DNA of 52,032 nt from Chthonomonadales bacterium (GCA_038217285.1 JBBQPO010000008.1:1-52032); one strand, 5' to 3'; counted from the first letter of the stretch, positions 29,093 to 39,263 are shown. Numbers and translations: made by a program. The notes: a model not told the origin generated them from the sequence alone.

Positions 29093-30151
29093 TTACTTTC
29101 CGACGAGGGCCCGAAACTCCTGAATGTTGGAGGCACGTCCGAGCGCATCTTCGAAGGTAATCACATTGTTGATGACGAGATTCGCCAACGACTGATCCAG
29201 CGAGATCATGCCATGCCGTTGCCCTACCTGAATAAGCGAACCGATCTGATGTGTTTTGCCCTCTCGTACAAGGTTTCGGACAGCGGGTATCGCCACCAGG
29301 ATCTCAAAGACGGCGATGCGGCCTTGCCCATCTATGCGTTTGACCAGATTCTGCGAGACGACTCCCAACAGGTTGGCGGACATCTGCATCCGTACCTGCT
29401 GCTGTTGGTGGGCGGGAAAAACATCGATGACGCGGTCTACCGTCTGAACCGAATCGGTAGTATGCAGGGTACCGAAGACAAGATGGCCGGTTTCCGCCGC
29501 CGTGATCGCCAATTTGATCGTCTCCAGGTCGCGCATCTCCCCGATCAGAATGACATCCGGATCTTCGCGCAGCGCGGCCCGCAGGGCATTGGGAAATGTG
29601 AGGGTGTCGGTATCCAGTTCGCGCTGATTGATCAGAGCCTGGATGTCCGTGTGGACAAACTCCACAGGGTCCTCGATGGTGATGATGTGAAGGGGATAGT
29701 TGCGGTTGATATAGTCGATCATCGCCGCCTGCGTTGTCGACTTGCCGGAGCCTGCCGGCCCCGTCACCAAGACAAGGCCACGCGGCCGCTCGGCAAAACG
29801 CTTGCAGATCTCCGGTAACTGGAGGGCCTCGATCGTCTTGATCTCGTAAGGGATGACGCGAAAGGCGCCGCCCACATTCCCACGCTGCACATAGATATTG
29901 CCACGAAAACGCGCCAACCCCTCGATCTCATAGGCGAAATCGAGTTCCAGTTCGTCGTGAAAGCGTGTCCTTTGTACGTCGGATATGGGCGCCATACACA
30001 ACTGTCGTACCTCTTCGGCCGACAGAGGATCGATATCCAGCGGCAGAAGATCGCCGTAGATACGGATCAAGGGAGAACTATCCGCCTTGAGGTGCAGGTC
30101 GGATCCCTCGTTATAGACGCACGCTGCCAGCAGATCATCCAGAAGAACCAA
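29093..30151 (-). CDS. pilT: Type IV pilus retraction ATPase, PilT family (copy 3)
   Basis: Motifs SDLHL, GPAGSGKSTT, TIEDPVE, LIGEMRD, AETGH..TLHT and AVRNLVRE. TTG start at 30151 follows GGAGG. Confidence 0.92.
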   Translation of the reverse strand: MVLLDDLLAACVYNEGSDLHLKADSSPLIRIYGDLLPLDIDPLSAEEVRQLCMAPISDVQRTRFHDELELDFAYEIEGLARFRGNIYVQRGNVGGAFRVIPYEIKTIEALQLPEICKRFAERPRGLVLVTGPAGSGKSTTQAAMIDYINRNYPLHIITIEDPVEFVHTDIQALINQRELDTDTLTFPNALRAALREDPDVILIGEMRDLETIKLAITAAETGHLVFGTLHTTDSVQTVDRVIDVFPAHQQQQVRMQMSANLLGVVSQNLVKRIDGQGRIAVFEILVAIPAVRNLVREGKTHQIGSLIQVGQRHGMISLDQSLANLVINNVITFEDALGRASNIQEFRALVGK

Positions 30152-30246
30152 CGCCCGCCTCCATTTCCCATGGCGCTTTCGATGCCGCCTCAACCACGAC
30201 GCATGCCGTCTCCAAAGGTGTTCGAATAGGGCTCACTAAGCGAACC

Positions 30247-31341
30247 TTACAGCAACGCCATGTCGGTAGATATACCTGCCCGCTCAGCCCGGATCTGAAA
30301 CTCCAGGGGACTGGACGTCTTCGCATACGCATCTTCGTAGCTAACAAGGTCGCGCTTCACCAGATCGAGCAAGCAGTTGTCCAGAGTCTGCATGCCATAC
30401 TGCTGCCCGGTCTGAATATCCGTATTGATTTGATGCGTTTTGCCCTCGCGAATCAACGTCCGGATCGCGCTCGTACAGACCATGACTTCAAAAGCCGCCA
30501 CCCGCCCGACTCCCGTTTTCTTCATTAGCAGCGTCTGCGAGATAACCGCTTGCAGCACCGTCGCCAGTTGCATTCGAACCTGCTGCTGCGCATCTGGTTC
30601 AAACACGTCGATAATTCGGTCGATCGTCTGGGGTGCGTCGGTCGTGTGCAGTGTCGCGAACACAAGGTGGCCTGTCTCGGCTGCGGTGATCGCCAGTTGA
30701 ATCGTCTCCAGGTCGCGCATCTCCCCCACGAGGATCACATCGGGATTCTGCCGCATGACGTGTTTTAGCGCTGCCGCAAAACTATGAGTGTCGGTCCCGA
30801 CTTCCCGCTGATTGATGGCGCACTGTTTGTCGCGATGGACATATTCGATGGGATCTTCAATCGTGACCACATGGCCGGGCCGGGACTCATTGATCAGATC
30901 GATCATGGCTGCCAGAGACGTAGATTTGCCCGACCCGGTGGGCCCCGTCACCAACACCAGTCCACGAGGCATTACCGCGATCTCCTTGGATATCGGAGGC
31001 ATCCCCAGTTCGTCGATCGTCTTGATGTTGAATGGGATGACGCGCATCACCGCGCCGATATGCGACTGCTGGCGAAAAATGTTGACGCGAAACCGGGCCA
31101 GACCGGGCACGGAATAGGACGTATCCAACTCCAGCATCTGCTGAAATCGGACTTCCTTGTCCGTGTTCATCACCGGATGAATCAGGTCGTACATATCCCG
31201 GTCCAGCAGCGCCGGCATCTTGAGGCGGATCAGACTGCCATGGATCCGCATGACGGGCGGCTCGCCAACCCGCAGGTGCAGGTCGGACGCTTCCCGTTCC
31301 ACCAGCATACGGAGCAGTTCATCGATATGCATCATCTTCAA
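30247..31341 (-). CDS. pilT: Type IV pilus retraction ATPase, PilT family (copy 2)
   Basis: Motifs ASDLHL, GPTGSGKSTS, EDPIE, VGEMRD, TLHT and AIRTLIRE. Confidence 0.93.
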   Translation of the reverse strand: MKMMHIDELLRMLVEREASDLHLRVGEPPVMRIHGSLIRLKMPALLDRDMYDLIHPVMNTDKEVRFQQMLELDTSYSVPGLARFRVNIFRQQSHIGAVMRVIPFNIKTIDELGMPPISKEIAVMPRGLVLVTGPTGSGKSTSLAAMIDLINESRPGHVVTIEDPIEYVHRDKQCAINQREVGTDTHSFAAALKHVMRQNPDVILVGEMRDLETIQLAITAAETGHLVFATLHTTDAPQTIDRIIDVFEPDAQQQVRMQLATVLQAVISQTLLMKKTGVGRVAAFEVMVCTSAIRTLIREGKTHQINTDIQTGQQYGMQTLDNCLLDLVKRDLVSYEDAYAKTSSPLEFQIRAERAGISTDMALL

Positions 31342-31466
31342 AACTCCTCACAGACGGGAAAAAGGCAAAGATGGAAGAGAGCAGTCCCCTCTCCTCTCTC
31401 TTCGCCTTTTATAAAGGATTTCCCTGCACCGAGCAGACGGTCGGCAGCCGAAAATTTGCCGGATCT

Positions 31467-32633
31467 CTAGCGCATGGGTGGCGGCGGCATCGGAGGAGGC
31501 ATTCCCGGGATCGGGGGCGGAGGTCCACCGGGCGGCGCCTGACGCATCTCGCCCTTGGTCTGCGCCATACGGATCATCTGCCGTAGTTCGGTGTACGGGT
31601 TCGCATTCGCCAGCGCATCCGCCTCCGTGATCAAACCCTGCTTGACGAAGCTCAGAAGAGCCTGGTTCATCGTCTGCATGCCCCAGTAGGCTTCGATCCC
31701 TGCCTGCCGGATCGCGTTATAGATCTCGTCGGAGGCGCCCTTTTCCAGGAGGTTGATGATCGTCGGAGTCACGTCCATGACTTCAATGGCCGCGATACGT
31801 CCCTCACCATCCGCGCGCGGCAGCAGTTTTTGAGAAATCACGCCACGTAGGGTTGTCGAGAGCCGCAGCCACAGCATCGGACGTTCGTGCGGCGCGTACA
31901 TATTGGAGACCCGGTCCAGCGTCTCGGCCGCGCTCGCGGTATGTACTGTGGCGAAGACAAGGTGGCCCGTCTCCGCAGCCTGTAGCGCGATGTTCATCGT
32001 CTCCAGGTCGCGCATCTCTCCGATCAGGATGATGTCCGGCGCTTGGCGCAGAACGTGTCGCAGGGCCACGTTGAAGTTGTCCGTATCGATACCGATTTCG
32101 CGCTGGCTGACGATCGCCTGTTTATCTTTATGGACGAACTCGATCGGGTCCTCCAGTGTGATGATGTTGACCTTGCGGTTCTGATTGAGCAGATCGATCA
32201 TAGCGGCGAGCGTCGTCGTCTTTCCGCAGCCGGTGGGTCCTGTCACCAACACCAGTCCGTTGCGGTGTGTGGTAAAGTCTTTCACCTTCGGCGGGCAGCC
32301 CAGCTCTTCCAGCGACCGTATCCGCGTTGGAATCAGACGACAGACGGTCGCAGGCCCGCCCCGCTGTTGATAGATATTCATTCGGATTCGGAGGCCTTCG
32401 CCGACCGAAAAGGCCAGGTCCATCTCGTGATGCTGCTCGAAGATCGCCTGCTGCCGGGGAGTCATCTTGCTGTAGACCAGATTATGAACTTCCTCGAAGG
32501 AGAGACTGGGATGGTCTAAGGACACGACCTTTCCATGTTGCCGAATCGAAGGAATGGAGTCGGATTTAATGAACAGGTCCGAAGCGCTTAGTTCGCCCGC
32601 TGCCAGGATCATCTCGTCTAGATCATAATTCAT
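31467..32633 (-). CDS. PilT/PilU-family ATPase (copy 1, PilU-like)
   Basis: Motifs ASDLFI, GPTGCGKTTT, EDPIE, GEMRD and TVHT. The AIRNLIRE helix has diverged to TIINLLEK. The tail is Pro-rich. Confidence 0.9.
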   Translation of the reverse strand: MNYDLDEMILAAGELSASDLFIKSDSIPSIRQHGKVVSLDHPSLSFEEVHNLVYSKMTPRQQAIFEQHHEMDLAFSVGEGLRIRMNIYQQRGGPATVCRLIPTRIRSLEELGCPPKVKDFTTHRNGLVLVTGPTGCGKTTTLAAMIDLLNQNRKVNIITLEDPIEFVHKDKQAIVSQREIGIDTDNFNVALRHVLRQAPDIILIGEMRDLETMNIALQAAETGHLVFATVHTASAAETLDRVSNMYAPHERPMLWLRLSTTLRGVISQKLLPRADGEGRIAAIEVMDVTPTIINLLEKGASDEIYNAIRQAGIEAYWGMQTMNQALLSFVKQGLITEADALANANPYTELRQMIRMAQTKGEMRQAPPGGPPPPIPGMPPPMPPPPMR

Positions 32634-32743
32634 ACGTAGGTCCTTTCATCCGGAAAAGTGGGGAGCACGGCCACTTGTTTACTGCCGGAACGCCTGCTGC
32701 TTTCAATATTCCATGTTGGGCAGCGGAAATCCTCTTCTTTCCG

Positions 32744-33508
32744 CTACGGCAGCCGCCTCGGCTTCACATCGTGTACACGGTGCCGTGCCAGCCACTGGAG
32801 GGCGACCCCGCCTGTCAACAGGCCGCCTACAATAATAAACAGCGAGGGCCAGAACCGCGAGGGGCTTACCGGCCGGACCGAACCCACCGAATCAATCGGA
32901 TCGCGTGCGCCTCTCTGCGTCGAATTGGCCCACCCGGAAGCCTTTGCTGGCGGCTCGGACACATCTCGGATCAAGGGAGGCAGACTCTTGGAGTGCTCGC
33001 GGATCGTCGCTACATAGCTGTAGACACCGTCGCTTTTCGCCATCGCCACATCGAGGGAAGGAGTGTGAAAATGGGTGACGCCATTGTACGGCTGAAGGTC
33101 CGGGGTAACGAATAAGACCTCAACCCTGTTCCATGCCTGGAACGCTTGCAGGTAGTAGGCCAACACGGGCGCGTTGTCGTGAAATTGTGGGGCATCGATC
33201 ACACCGAACAGGGCAGCAGTCGTCGGAGGAAAACCCTTCGGATTATCGGCATGAACCGTACCATCGGTTATCGCAAGATCCCCACTCAACTTCCAGCCGG
33301 AGACGGCAAGCAGTTTCTGGATCTCATTGCGAACCTGTTGGTGTGGAATACGTTTTCGGTAGGCCAGGCCAATCCTGGCGGATGTAGGACCGTCGGGGCG
33401 AACAAACAGAACGACATCCGTCTTTGTCGCTGCGGTCGTTTTTGGAGCAACCTGTTGGGCATTCGCCCCGCCCAGAACAAGCGCAAGGGCACATGTCGAA
33501 CAGATCAA
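32744..33508 (-). CDS. Hypothetical exported protein with a C-terminal membrane anchor
   Basis: Signal-like ALALVLGGANA-QQ and a C-terminal TM helix followed by basic residues. The start is moved to TTG at about 33508 because the longer ORF overlaps the tRNA. Confidence 0.6.
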   Translation of the reverse strand: MICSTCALALVLGGANAQQVAPKTTAATKTDVVLFVRPDGPTSARIGLAYRKRIPHQQVRNEIQKLLAVSGWKLSGDLAITDGTVHADNPKGFPPTTAALFGVIDAPQFHDNAPVLAYYLQAFQAWNRVEVLFVTPDLQPYNGVTHFHTPSLDVAMAKSDGVYSYVATIREHSKSLPPLIRDVSEPPAKASGWANSTQRGARDPIDSVGSVRPVSPSRFWPSLFIIVGGLLTGGVALQWLARHRVHDVKPRRLP

Positions 33509-33598
33509 AGGCAGAAAGCGAGCAAGAGAAATGTAGACGGAGCGGGGGACACAGGAGCGAATGACCTGCCGGGTACGGGGAACCAGAAATTGAGTATA

Positions 33599-33671
33599 TG
33601 GAGCTAAGGAGGCTCGAACTCCTGACCTCTTCAATGCCATTGAAGCGCTCTCCCAACTGAGCTACAGCCCC
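33599..33671 (-). tRNA. tRNA-Ala (GGC), CCA not encoded
   Basis: GGGGCTGTAGCTCAGTTGGGAGAGCGCTTCAATGGCATTGAAGAGGTCAGGAGTTCGAGCCTCCTTAGCTCCA folds as a cloverleaf with anticodon GGC and the G3:U70 pair. Confidence 0.97.
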
Positions 33672-33722
33672 ACGATGCCAATAACGGAGTACGCTGGGTA
33701 CGTCCTCCTTCGGTACGACGCT

Positions 33723-33751
33723 ATTATACTCCAATCCGTCCTGTAATGCAA
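33723..33751 (-). promoter_or_regulatory. Sigma70-type promoter of tRNA-Ala
   Basis: On the minus strand: TTGCAT (33751-33746), 17-bp spacer, TATAAT (33728-33723). Confidence 0.7.
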
Positions 33752-33860
33752 GGGCAGCGGACGGCGAAAATCACAAATAGAAGCAAGGGAGGAATCGACG
33801 TCGGGAACTGCGAACCTGCTGGTCGGTACGAGACACAGAAACGGGAGACTCGAGTCCCAG

Positions 33861-35651
33861 ATGGCAATCCCTTTACAGACATTACCGCCCGATGGCCGCA
33901 GCGCTCGAACCGAGTGCCGGTGGGCCTGGATCGTCGCAGGTCTGGTGATGCTCACGACACTTATTCCCTACCTGATTGGCGCCAGTCTGGCCAATGGCCG
34001 ACGGTTTATGTGGCTCGGTTACAATCTTGATGATAGCTGCGTCTATCTCTCCTGGATGCGACAAGCGGCGGACGGATCCTACCGCGCTCTAAACCTCTTC
34101 ACCACCGACGCGCAGCACGGCATGGCTCTGAACCCTCTGTTCCTGGTACTGGGCCGCATCGCCGGTTGGACTCACCTGCCTCTCATCGCCGTCTATCATG
34201 GGTCGAGGCTGCTCTTCGGTCTCCTGTTGTTGCGTCTGGTCTGGAACTTCATCACACAAACGGTCGCCGATGCAAGGGCGCGCAAGCTGGCCTTCCTCTT
34301 CGTTTGCTTGTCGTCCGGGCTCGGCTGGCTGCCCGGATGGTGGAGCGAACTTCCGATTCAGACTCCGATCGATAAATGGCAACCGGAAGCCATCACCTAC
34401 CTCTCCCTCTATCTCAGCCCTCTCTTTTGCTTTTCAATGGGACTACAGGTGTGCATTATCACACTGCTGTTTTGTGGGGTACGCACTGGCAAAATGCGTT
34501 ATGCAGTCGGAGCCGGCCTCTGTGGCGCTGTCCTCGGCGTCGTCCACACCTACGACATTCTCTCCCTGGCAGCCGTCTGGCTGGTCTACCTGCTTCTCCA
34601 CACGATAATGCCGCGCCACGTGGAGCACCGGAAATGCGGAGCCAACTGGCTGCAGGCGCTCGTGGCAGGTTCGATCACCGCCCCATCTGTCCTCTACATC
34701 TATCTGCAGTTGACGTCGGAGGCGGTTTTTCGGGCCAGAGCCGAGGTGAAGACCCTGGCTCCCCTCCCCTTCTGGGTGGTTATGGGCTATGGGGTTCCGG
34801 CGATTCTCGCGGTCTGCGCCGCCATCGTGCTCCTGAAGCGCAGAAAGACGGCCGCTACCGCAGACGAACCGGTGACCACAAAGGAGTGGACGACCGGCAG
34901 GGACGCCAGTCTGTTGCTTCTCGTCTGGGGATTAGTCAACTTCGCGGTGTCCTATATCCCCACCTCGATTCAGAGAAAACTACTGCAGGGTACGCATTTT
35001 CCCATCGCGATCCTGGGCGGTATCGGAGCGGCCTGGCTCCTCCTACGGCTCAGTCCGAACGCGAAGCCATGGCAAGTCGCTTTCAAGATGGCGGGCCTTA
35101 CATTTTTCTTGAGTATCACGAATGTGCGGTTCTTAATCAGGGACATCGACAACGATGAGAACAACCTGGCTCAGACTCGACTGCAGCGCACCTACCTGCA
35201 ACCTGGTGAGATCGAAGCGCTGGAATGGATACGCGATCATTCGACCGACACAGACGCCCTTCAACCTCTCCCCTGGATCGTGCGCGCAGGCGAGCACTCG
35301 ATTCGGAGTTCGGACGAGAGTGTCGCCTGTTTTACGCCGGGTCTGATCGGCCGGCGTGTCTACTGCGGCCACTGGGGAGAAACGCCTGATTTCGGGAGCA
35401 AACTCACGGAGATGCGCGATCTTGAACTCGGGCGTACCACGGATGATACACGAAAAGCGCTGCTTCGCAAGATGAAGGTTCGATTTTTGCTGTTCTCGCA
35501 AAAGCCGGTCCGCGACGAATCCCTGGAGGCGACCATTTTCGCAGATTCTGCCCTGCCGCTGTTCAGAGGCCGCCTGCCGTTGCCGCCCTACCTACAACTC
35601 GTGCATAGCAACGATGATGCAGACGTCTACGAGGTGTCGCCAGATCTCTAA
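33861..35651 (+). CDS. Polytopic membrane protein, probable GT-C-fold glycosyltransferase
   Basis: 'DDSCVYLSWMRQ' acidic motif after TM1, HTYD, about 11 hydrophobic segments, and a C-terminal domain containing VYCGHWGETP. Confidence 0.55.
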   Translation: MAIPLQTLPPDGRSARTECRWAWIVAGLVMLTTLIPYLIGASLANGRRFMWLGYNLDDSCVYLSWMRQAADGSYRALNLFTTDAQHGMALNPLFLVLGRIAGWTHLPLIAVYHGSRLLFGLLLLRLVWNFITQTVADARARKLAFLFVCLSSGLGWLPGWWSELPIQTPIDKWQPEAITYLSLYLSPLFCFSMGLQVCIITLLFCGVRTGKMRYAVGAGLCGAVLGVVHTYDILSLAAVWLVYLLLHTIMPRHVEHRKCGANWLQALVAGSITAPSVLYIYLQLTSEAVFRARAEVKTLAPLPFWVVMGYGVPAILAVCAAIVLLKRRKTAATADEPVTTKEWTTGRDASLLLLVWGLVNFAVSYIPTSIQRKLLQGTHFPIAILGGIGAAWLLLRLSPNAKPWQVAFKMAGLTFFLSITNVRFLIRDIDNDENNLAQTRLQRTYLQPGEIEALEWIRDHSTDTDALQPLPWIVRAGEHSIRSSDESVACFTPGLIGRRVYCGHWGETPDFGSKLTEMRDLELGRTTDDTRKALLRKMKVRFLLFSQKPVRDESLEATIFADSALPLFRGRLPLPPYLQLVHSNDDADVYEVSPDL

Positions 35652-35797
35652 TCGGCCGTTTGAACACGCACCCACGAGGATTGATCGCGGCCTGCCAGTG
35701 CCGTCACCGTAGCCAGTTCCTCCCTGGCAAACAGAAGAGAGCCTGTTGCTTCCGCACGGAGGCAACAGGCTCTACAGACTACGGAAGGACACGACAC

Positions 35798-36364
35798 TTA
35801 CGGGGAGACGGTCAGTTCGTTGGAAACTTTGTCCGTCGCGTTCAAGTCCTTCAGAGACTTCTGCGCGATCATGCCCGCTTTCTTCTTCATCGCTTCGGTG
35901 GCGACGTGCCCAGTTACGTGCACCACCCCATCCGTGGTGTTAATGTTGATACGGTTGCGGGAATCGATGAGTTCTTTGTCCGCCAGGATCGCCAGTTTGA
36001 CCTTCGGCGTCACTTCCGTCACCGCTGTCACGGTTTTCCCTGCGTCTTTGGCGGCAGCCGTCGTCGCGTCCGCAGCCGTCTTCGCGGCATCCACGGTCGC
36101 ATCTGCGGCCTTTTTGGTGGCATCCACGGTCTTGTCAGCGGCCATCTTGGTTGCATCCGCTGCGTCGGCCGCCGCTTTTTTCGTCGCGTCTACCGTATTG
36201 TCAGCCGCGTTTTTGGCAGCGTTCGCCGCGTCATTCGCAGCAGACGCCGCTTTCTGCCCGTTGGAAGCCGTATCATCGGCAACTCCCTTTTCTGTATTTG
36301 GGCAACCGAAAAGGCCCACGCTGAGCAGCAAGTACGCCGCACCCACAACTGCAAATTTTTTCAT
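35798..36364 (-). CDS. BON-domain lipoprotein with Ala/Asp/Lys-rich 11-residue repeats
   Basis: MKK...LFGC lipobox, DATKKAA-type repeats, and a C-terminal BON domain (ININTTDGVVHVTGHV...VSNELTV). Confidence 0.88.
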   Translation of the reverse strand: MKKFAVVGAAYLLLSVGLFGCPNTEKGVADDTASNGQKAASAANDAANAAKNAADNTVDATKKAAADAADATKMAADKTVDATKKAADATVDAAKTAADATTAAAKDAGKTVTAVTEVTPKVKLAILADKELIDSRNRININTTDGVVHVTGHVATEAMKKKAGMIAQKSLKDLNATDKVSNELTVSP

Positions 36365-36557
36365 CGAGTTCTCCCTGTGCGTCGATAGCACCTTGTACGT
36401 ATTGAGAGGAAAACCGATTTTCCTCGTTCCTGCCGTAGGACGTACCAGCATAAATGATTGTTCCATTTCTTCGCCCGGATAGATCGCTGTTCTCGACTTC
36501 CGTTCCGTGACGTGGGGGTGAGAAGGAAACCGTGATCTTCAGGCAGAACTGACCGGC

Positions 36558-37406
36558 ATGAAATACGCTATCTGCAATGAAACTTTCCAGAGCCAGGACT
36601 GGGCCGAGACATGCCATGCGGTCGCCGCCTTGGGGTATCAGGGGATCGAGGTCGCGCCGTTCACTCTCGCCGAAGACGTGCGTGACATCAGTGCGTCTGC
36701 CAGGCGCGAATACGCGAATACGGCAAAGCGTGAAGGCCTCGACGTTGTCGGGTTGCACTGGCTGCTCGTCTCGCCAAAGGGTCTTTCGGTCACGGATGGT
36801 GATACCGCTGTCCGTGAACGCACGGCCCGGTACCTTGCCGACCTGGTCACGTTCTGCGCCGATATCGGCGGAGCCGTCCTGGTCCTAGGCTCCCCCGCGC
36901 AACGCCGTCTGCCTACCGACGTGGCGCCGGACGCGGCACGCAGGGTGGCTATAGACCGCCTCCAGTCCTGCCTCGAACCCGTCCTGGAAACGGCATGGCA
37001 AAACGCAATTACCCTCTGTCTGGAGCCACTTCCCGCCCCGGAAGCCGACTTTATTCTGACGCTGCAAGAAGCGACCGACATTATGAAGCGCCTGCACCAC
37101 CCCGCGCTCCAGACCATTTTCGACGTCAAGAGCGCCTGCAGCGAAGGCACACCCTTGCCACAACTGATCCAGGACTTTGCACCCTACATCGCGCATGTAC
37201 ACGCGAACGACGCCAACCGCCGCGGCCCCGGCTTCGGGACAACCGACTATCGGCCTCTCTTCGCGGCCCTGTACGCCGCCACCTACACAGGATATGTTTC
37301 GGTCGAGGTGTTCGACTATACGCCGGATCCGTTTACGATTGCGCGAGAGAGTCTGGCCTACATGAAGCGCTGTGAGACGGCAGAGGAGGCAAGTCGTGGG
37401 TTCTGA
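36558..37406 (+). CDS. Sugar phosphate isomerase/epimerase (xylose isomerase-like TIM barrel)
   Basis: Motifs GIEVAPF, LEPL, FDVK, HVHAND and VSVEVF. Confidence 0.88.
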   Translation: MKYAICNETFQSQDWAETCHAVAALGYQGIEVAPFTLAEDVRDISASARREYANTAKREGLDVVGLHWLLVSPKGLSVTDGDTAVRERTARYLADLVTFCADIGGAVLVLGSPAQRRLPTDVAPDAARRVAIDRLQSCLEPVLETAWQNAITLCLEPLPAPEADFILTLQEATDIMKRLHHPALQTIFDVKSACSEGTPLPQLIQDFAPYIAHVHANDANRRGPGFGTTDYRPLFAALYAATYTGYVSVEVFDYTPDPFTIARESLAYMKRCETAEEASRGF

Positions 37407-38550
37407 AACGCCGTTCTTGACCGTTCATGCCGGCCCGCATGACAGACACCAGTGCCCTGTCTCCTTCGATCTTCCCGAAAGCCATCGAAAGGACGACTGG
37501 GAGTTGATTCAGCCCCATGGCCCGGCACTCGCCGTTCAGATACAGGCAGACGGCTCAGGAGTCTTTATTCTTCCCGAACTGTCCGCAGGCGAGACAATCA
37601 CATTTCGCCTCCAAAGCACAAGCGAACAAATGCCAGGCCATCTCAATTACGTCGCCCTCGCGGACACCGGGAACGCGCTCTCACTGACGGTTGGCGGAAC
37701 TCTGCTCACGACGTATCACTATTCGAATGTCCCGGCGCGCCCCTATTTCTATCCCCTGCTCACCGCCAACGGACGGGAAGTCACACGGGCCTACCCGATG
37801 CGCCACAACGTCGCCTTCGAATCGCAGGACCATCCGCACCACCGCTCTCTCTGGATCGCCTTTGGAGACGTCAACGGCACAGACAACTGGGGTGAAGAAC
37901 CAGGGCATGGATCTACGCGACACGATTCGACCGATAGGATTCAGAGTGGAGATGTCTTCGGTCAGTTTGCGACCACCGGCACCTGGACCACACCGATGGG
38001 CAGCCCCCTCTTGACGCAGCATCTCCGCGTTACCGCCTGGGCCACGCCGCCCGAGTTCCGGCTGCTGGACTTCGACATCGACCTCACCGCCCTTGAGGAC
38101 GATGTCCTCTTCGGAGACACCAAAGAAGGCGGCATCCTCGCGGTGCGCGTCGTGGGAACCATGGATGTGCCGCGTGGAGGACGAATCGAAAACAGCTACG
38201 GAGCGATCAACGAGGCAGAAACCTGGGGGAGATCCGCGCACTGGTGTGACTATTCCGGGCCTGTAGCGGACCGAACCGAGGGTATCGCCATCATGGATCA
38301 TCCGCTCAGTTTCCGCTACCCGACCCACTGGCACGTCCGCAATTATGGCCTGATGACCGCAAACCCATTCGGCTATGCCGCCTACACCGCCGGAGCGAAA
38401 CGAGGGGAGCATCGCCTCGGCAAAGGTGAGACGTTGCGGTTTCGATACCGCCTCCTTATCCACAGCGGTAATGCGCAAGAGGGCCGCGTACAAGCGCGTT
38501 ACCTCGATTTCGTAAGTCCGCCCGTGGCAAAGCTCACGATACCGGAGTGA
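37396..38550 (+). CDS. PmoA-like/DUF6807 family protein (not a methane monooxygenase subunit)
   Basis: Motifs RPYFYPL, DHPHHRSLW, DTKEGG, WCDYSG and WHVRNYGLMTANPFG. GTG at 37396 follows GAGGAGG. Confidence 0.8.
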   Translation: MGSETPFLTVHAGPHDRHQCPVSFDLPESHRKDDWELIQPHGPALAVQIQADGSGVFILPELSAGETITFRLQSTSEQMPGHLNYVALADTGNALSLTVGGTLLTTYHYSNVPARPYFYPLLTANGREVTRAYPMRHNVAFESQDHPHHRSLWIAFGDVNGTDNWGEEPGHGSTRHDSTDRIQSGDVFGQFATTGTWTTPMGSPLLTQHLRVTAWATPPEFRLLDFDIDLTALEDDVLFGDTKEGGILAVRVVGTMDVPRGGRIENSYGAINEAETWGRSAHWCDYSGPVADRTEGIAIMDHPLSFRYPTHWHVRNYGLMTANPFGYAAYTAGAKRGEHRLGKGETLRFRYRLLIHSGNAQEGRVQARYLDFVSPPVAKLTIPE

Positions 38551-38618
38551 CGTTACTACCTCCCCGGTACGTGGCCTATGAGCCTTCCGGGCCTATCTTA
38601 AACCAGGACGATAATATC

Positions 38619-39263
38619 ATGCAGCCACCGCCCGTCTACTCGATACCACCCAGTTCCTCCCTCGTGCCTCGGTGGGGAAAAATTCTACTCGGATGCGGTA
38701 CGCTGACGATTCTTCTAATGCTCCTCATAGGCTACGCCATCACCCGCTACGTTGCAGGATCGAAGCGGACGTTCCAAACGCAGTTTTGCTTTCAGAACCT
38801 CAGGAATGCCCAGCGAGGCATTGTCCTCTACAGTCAGGATTACGATCAAACATTTCCACAGAGCGCCATTTGGATGGATGCGGCGACACCCTACGTCAAA
38901 AACCGGACAGATTTCAAGTGCCCGGTCGTACGTGTGTCCAATCCTCATGACTATGGATATGCCTTCAACCGTAAACTTTCCGGGTCCAAAACCTCGAAGA
39001 TCGAAGTTCCCCAGGGGACCCCAGAAGTCTACGATTCAACAGATATGCGACGTAATGCCACCGACGCGTTTACCAGTCTTCCGTCGCCCCCGCGGCATCT
39101 CTATGGGCGCAACGGATCGACAGAAAAGGGATCGTTTCACGGCAACTCCGTGCTTTACGCCGACGGTCACGTGCGCCTTCTCGCTATAGACGGATCCACG
39201 TTCGAGGATCCGGCCGGCGAAATGAGAAAGGGCTGGTTCGGGCGACGACGCAAACAGAAATGA
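38619..39263 (+). CDS. DUF1559/H-X-DG-type pilin-like protein with an N-terminal membrane anchor
   Basis: Motifs CFQNLRN...LYSQDYDQTFP, FKCP, YAFN and NSVLYADGHV. Confidence 0.75.
   Translation: MQPPPVYSIPPSSSLVPRWGKILLGCGTLTILLMLLIGYAITRYVAGSKRTFQTQFCFQNLRNAQRGIVLYSQDYDQTFPQSAIWMDAATPYVKNRTDFKCPVVRVSNPHDYGYAFNRKLSGSKTSKIEVPQGTPEVYDSTDMRRNATDAFTSLPSPPRHLYGRNGSTEKGSFHGNSVLYADGHVRLLAIDGSTFEDPAGEMRKGWFGRRRKQK

Noticed and set aside
33509-33640. N-terminal extension of ORF 32744-33640, and ORF 33324-33734
   Set aside because: They run through the tRNA-Ala gene, so the real CDS must start downstream of the tRNA.
32744-33671. tRNA-Ala as the integration site of a genomic island
   Set aside because: I saw no integrase, no duplicated tRNA 3' end and no compositional shift.
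37396-38550. Methanotrophy inferred from a PmoA-family protein
   Set aside because: This is a soluble protein of the misleadingly named family. It has no TM helices and no pmoB or pmoC neighbours.
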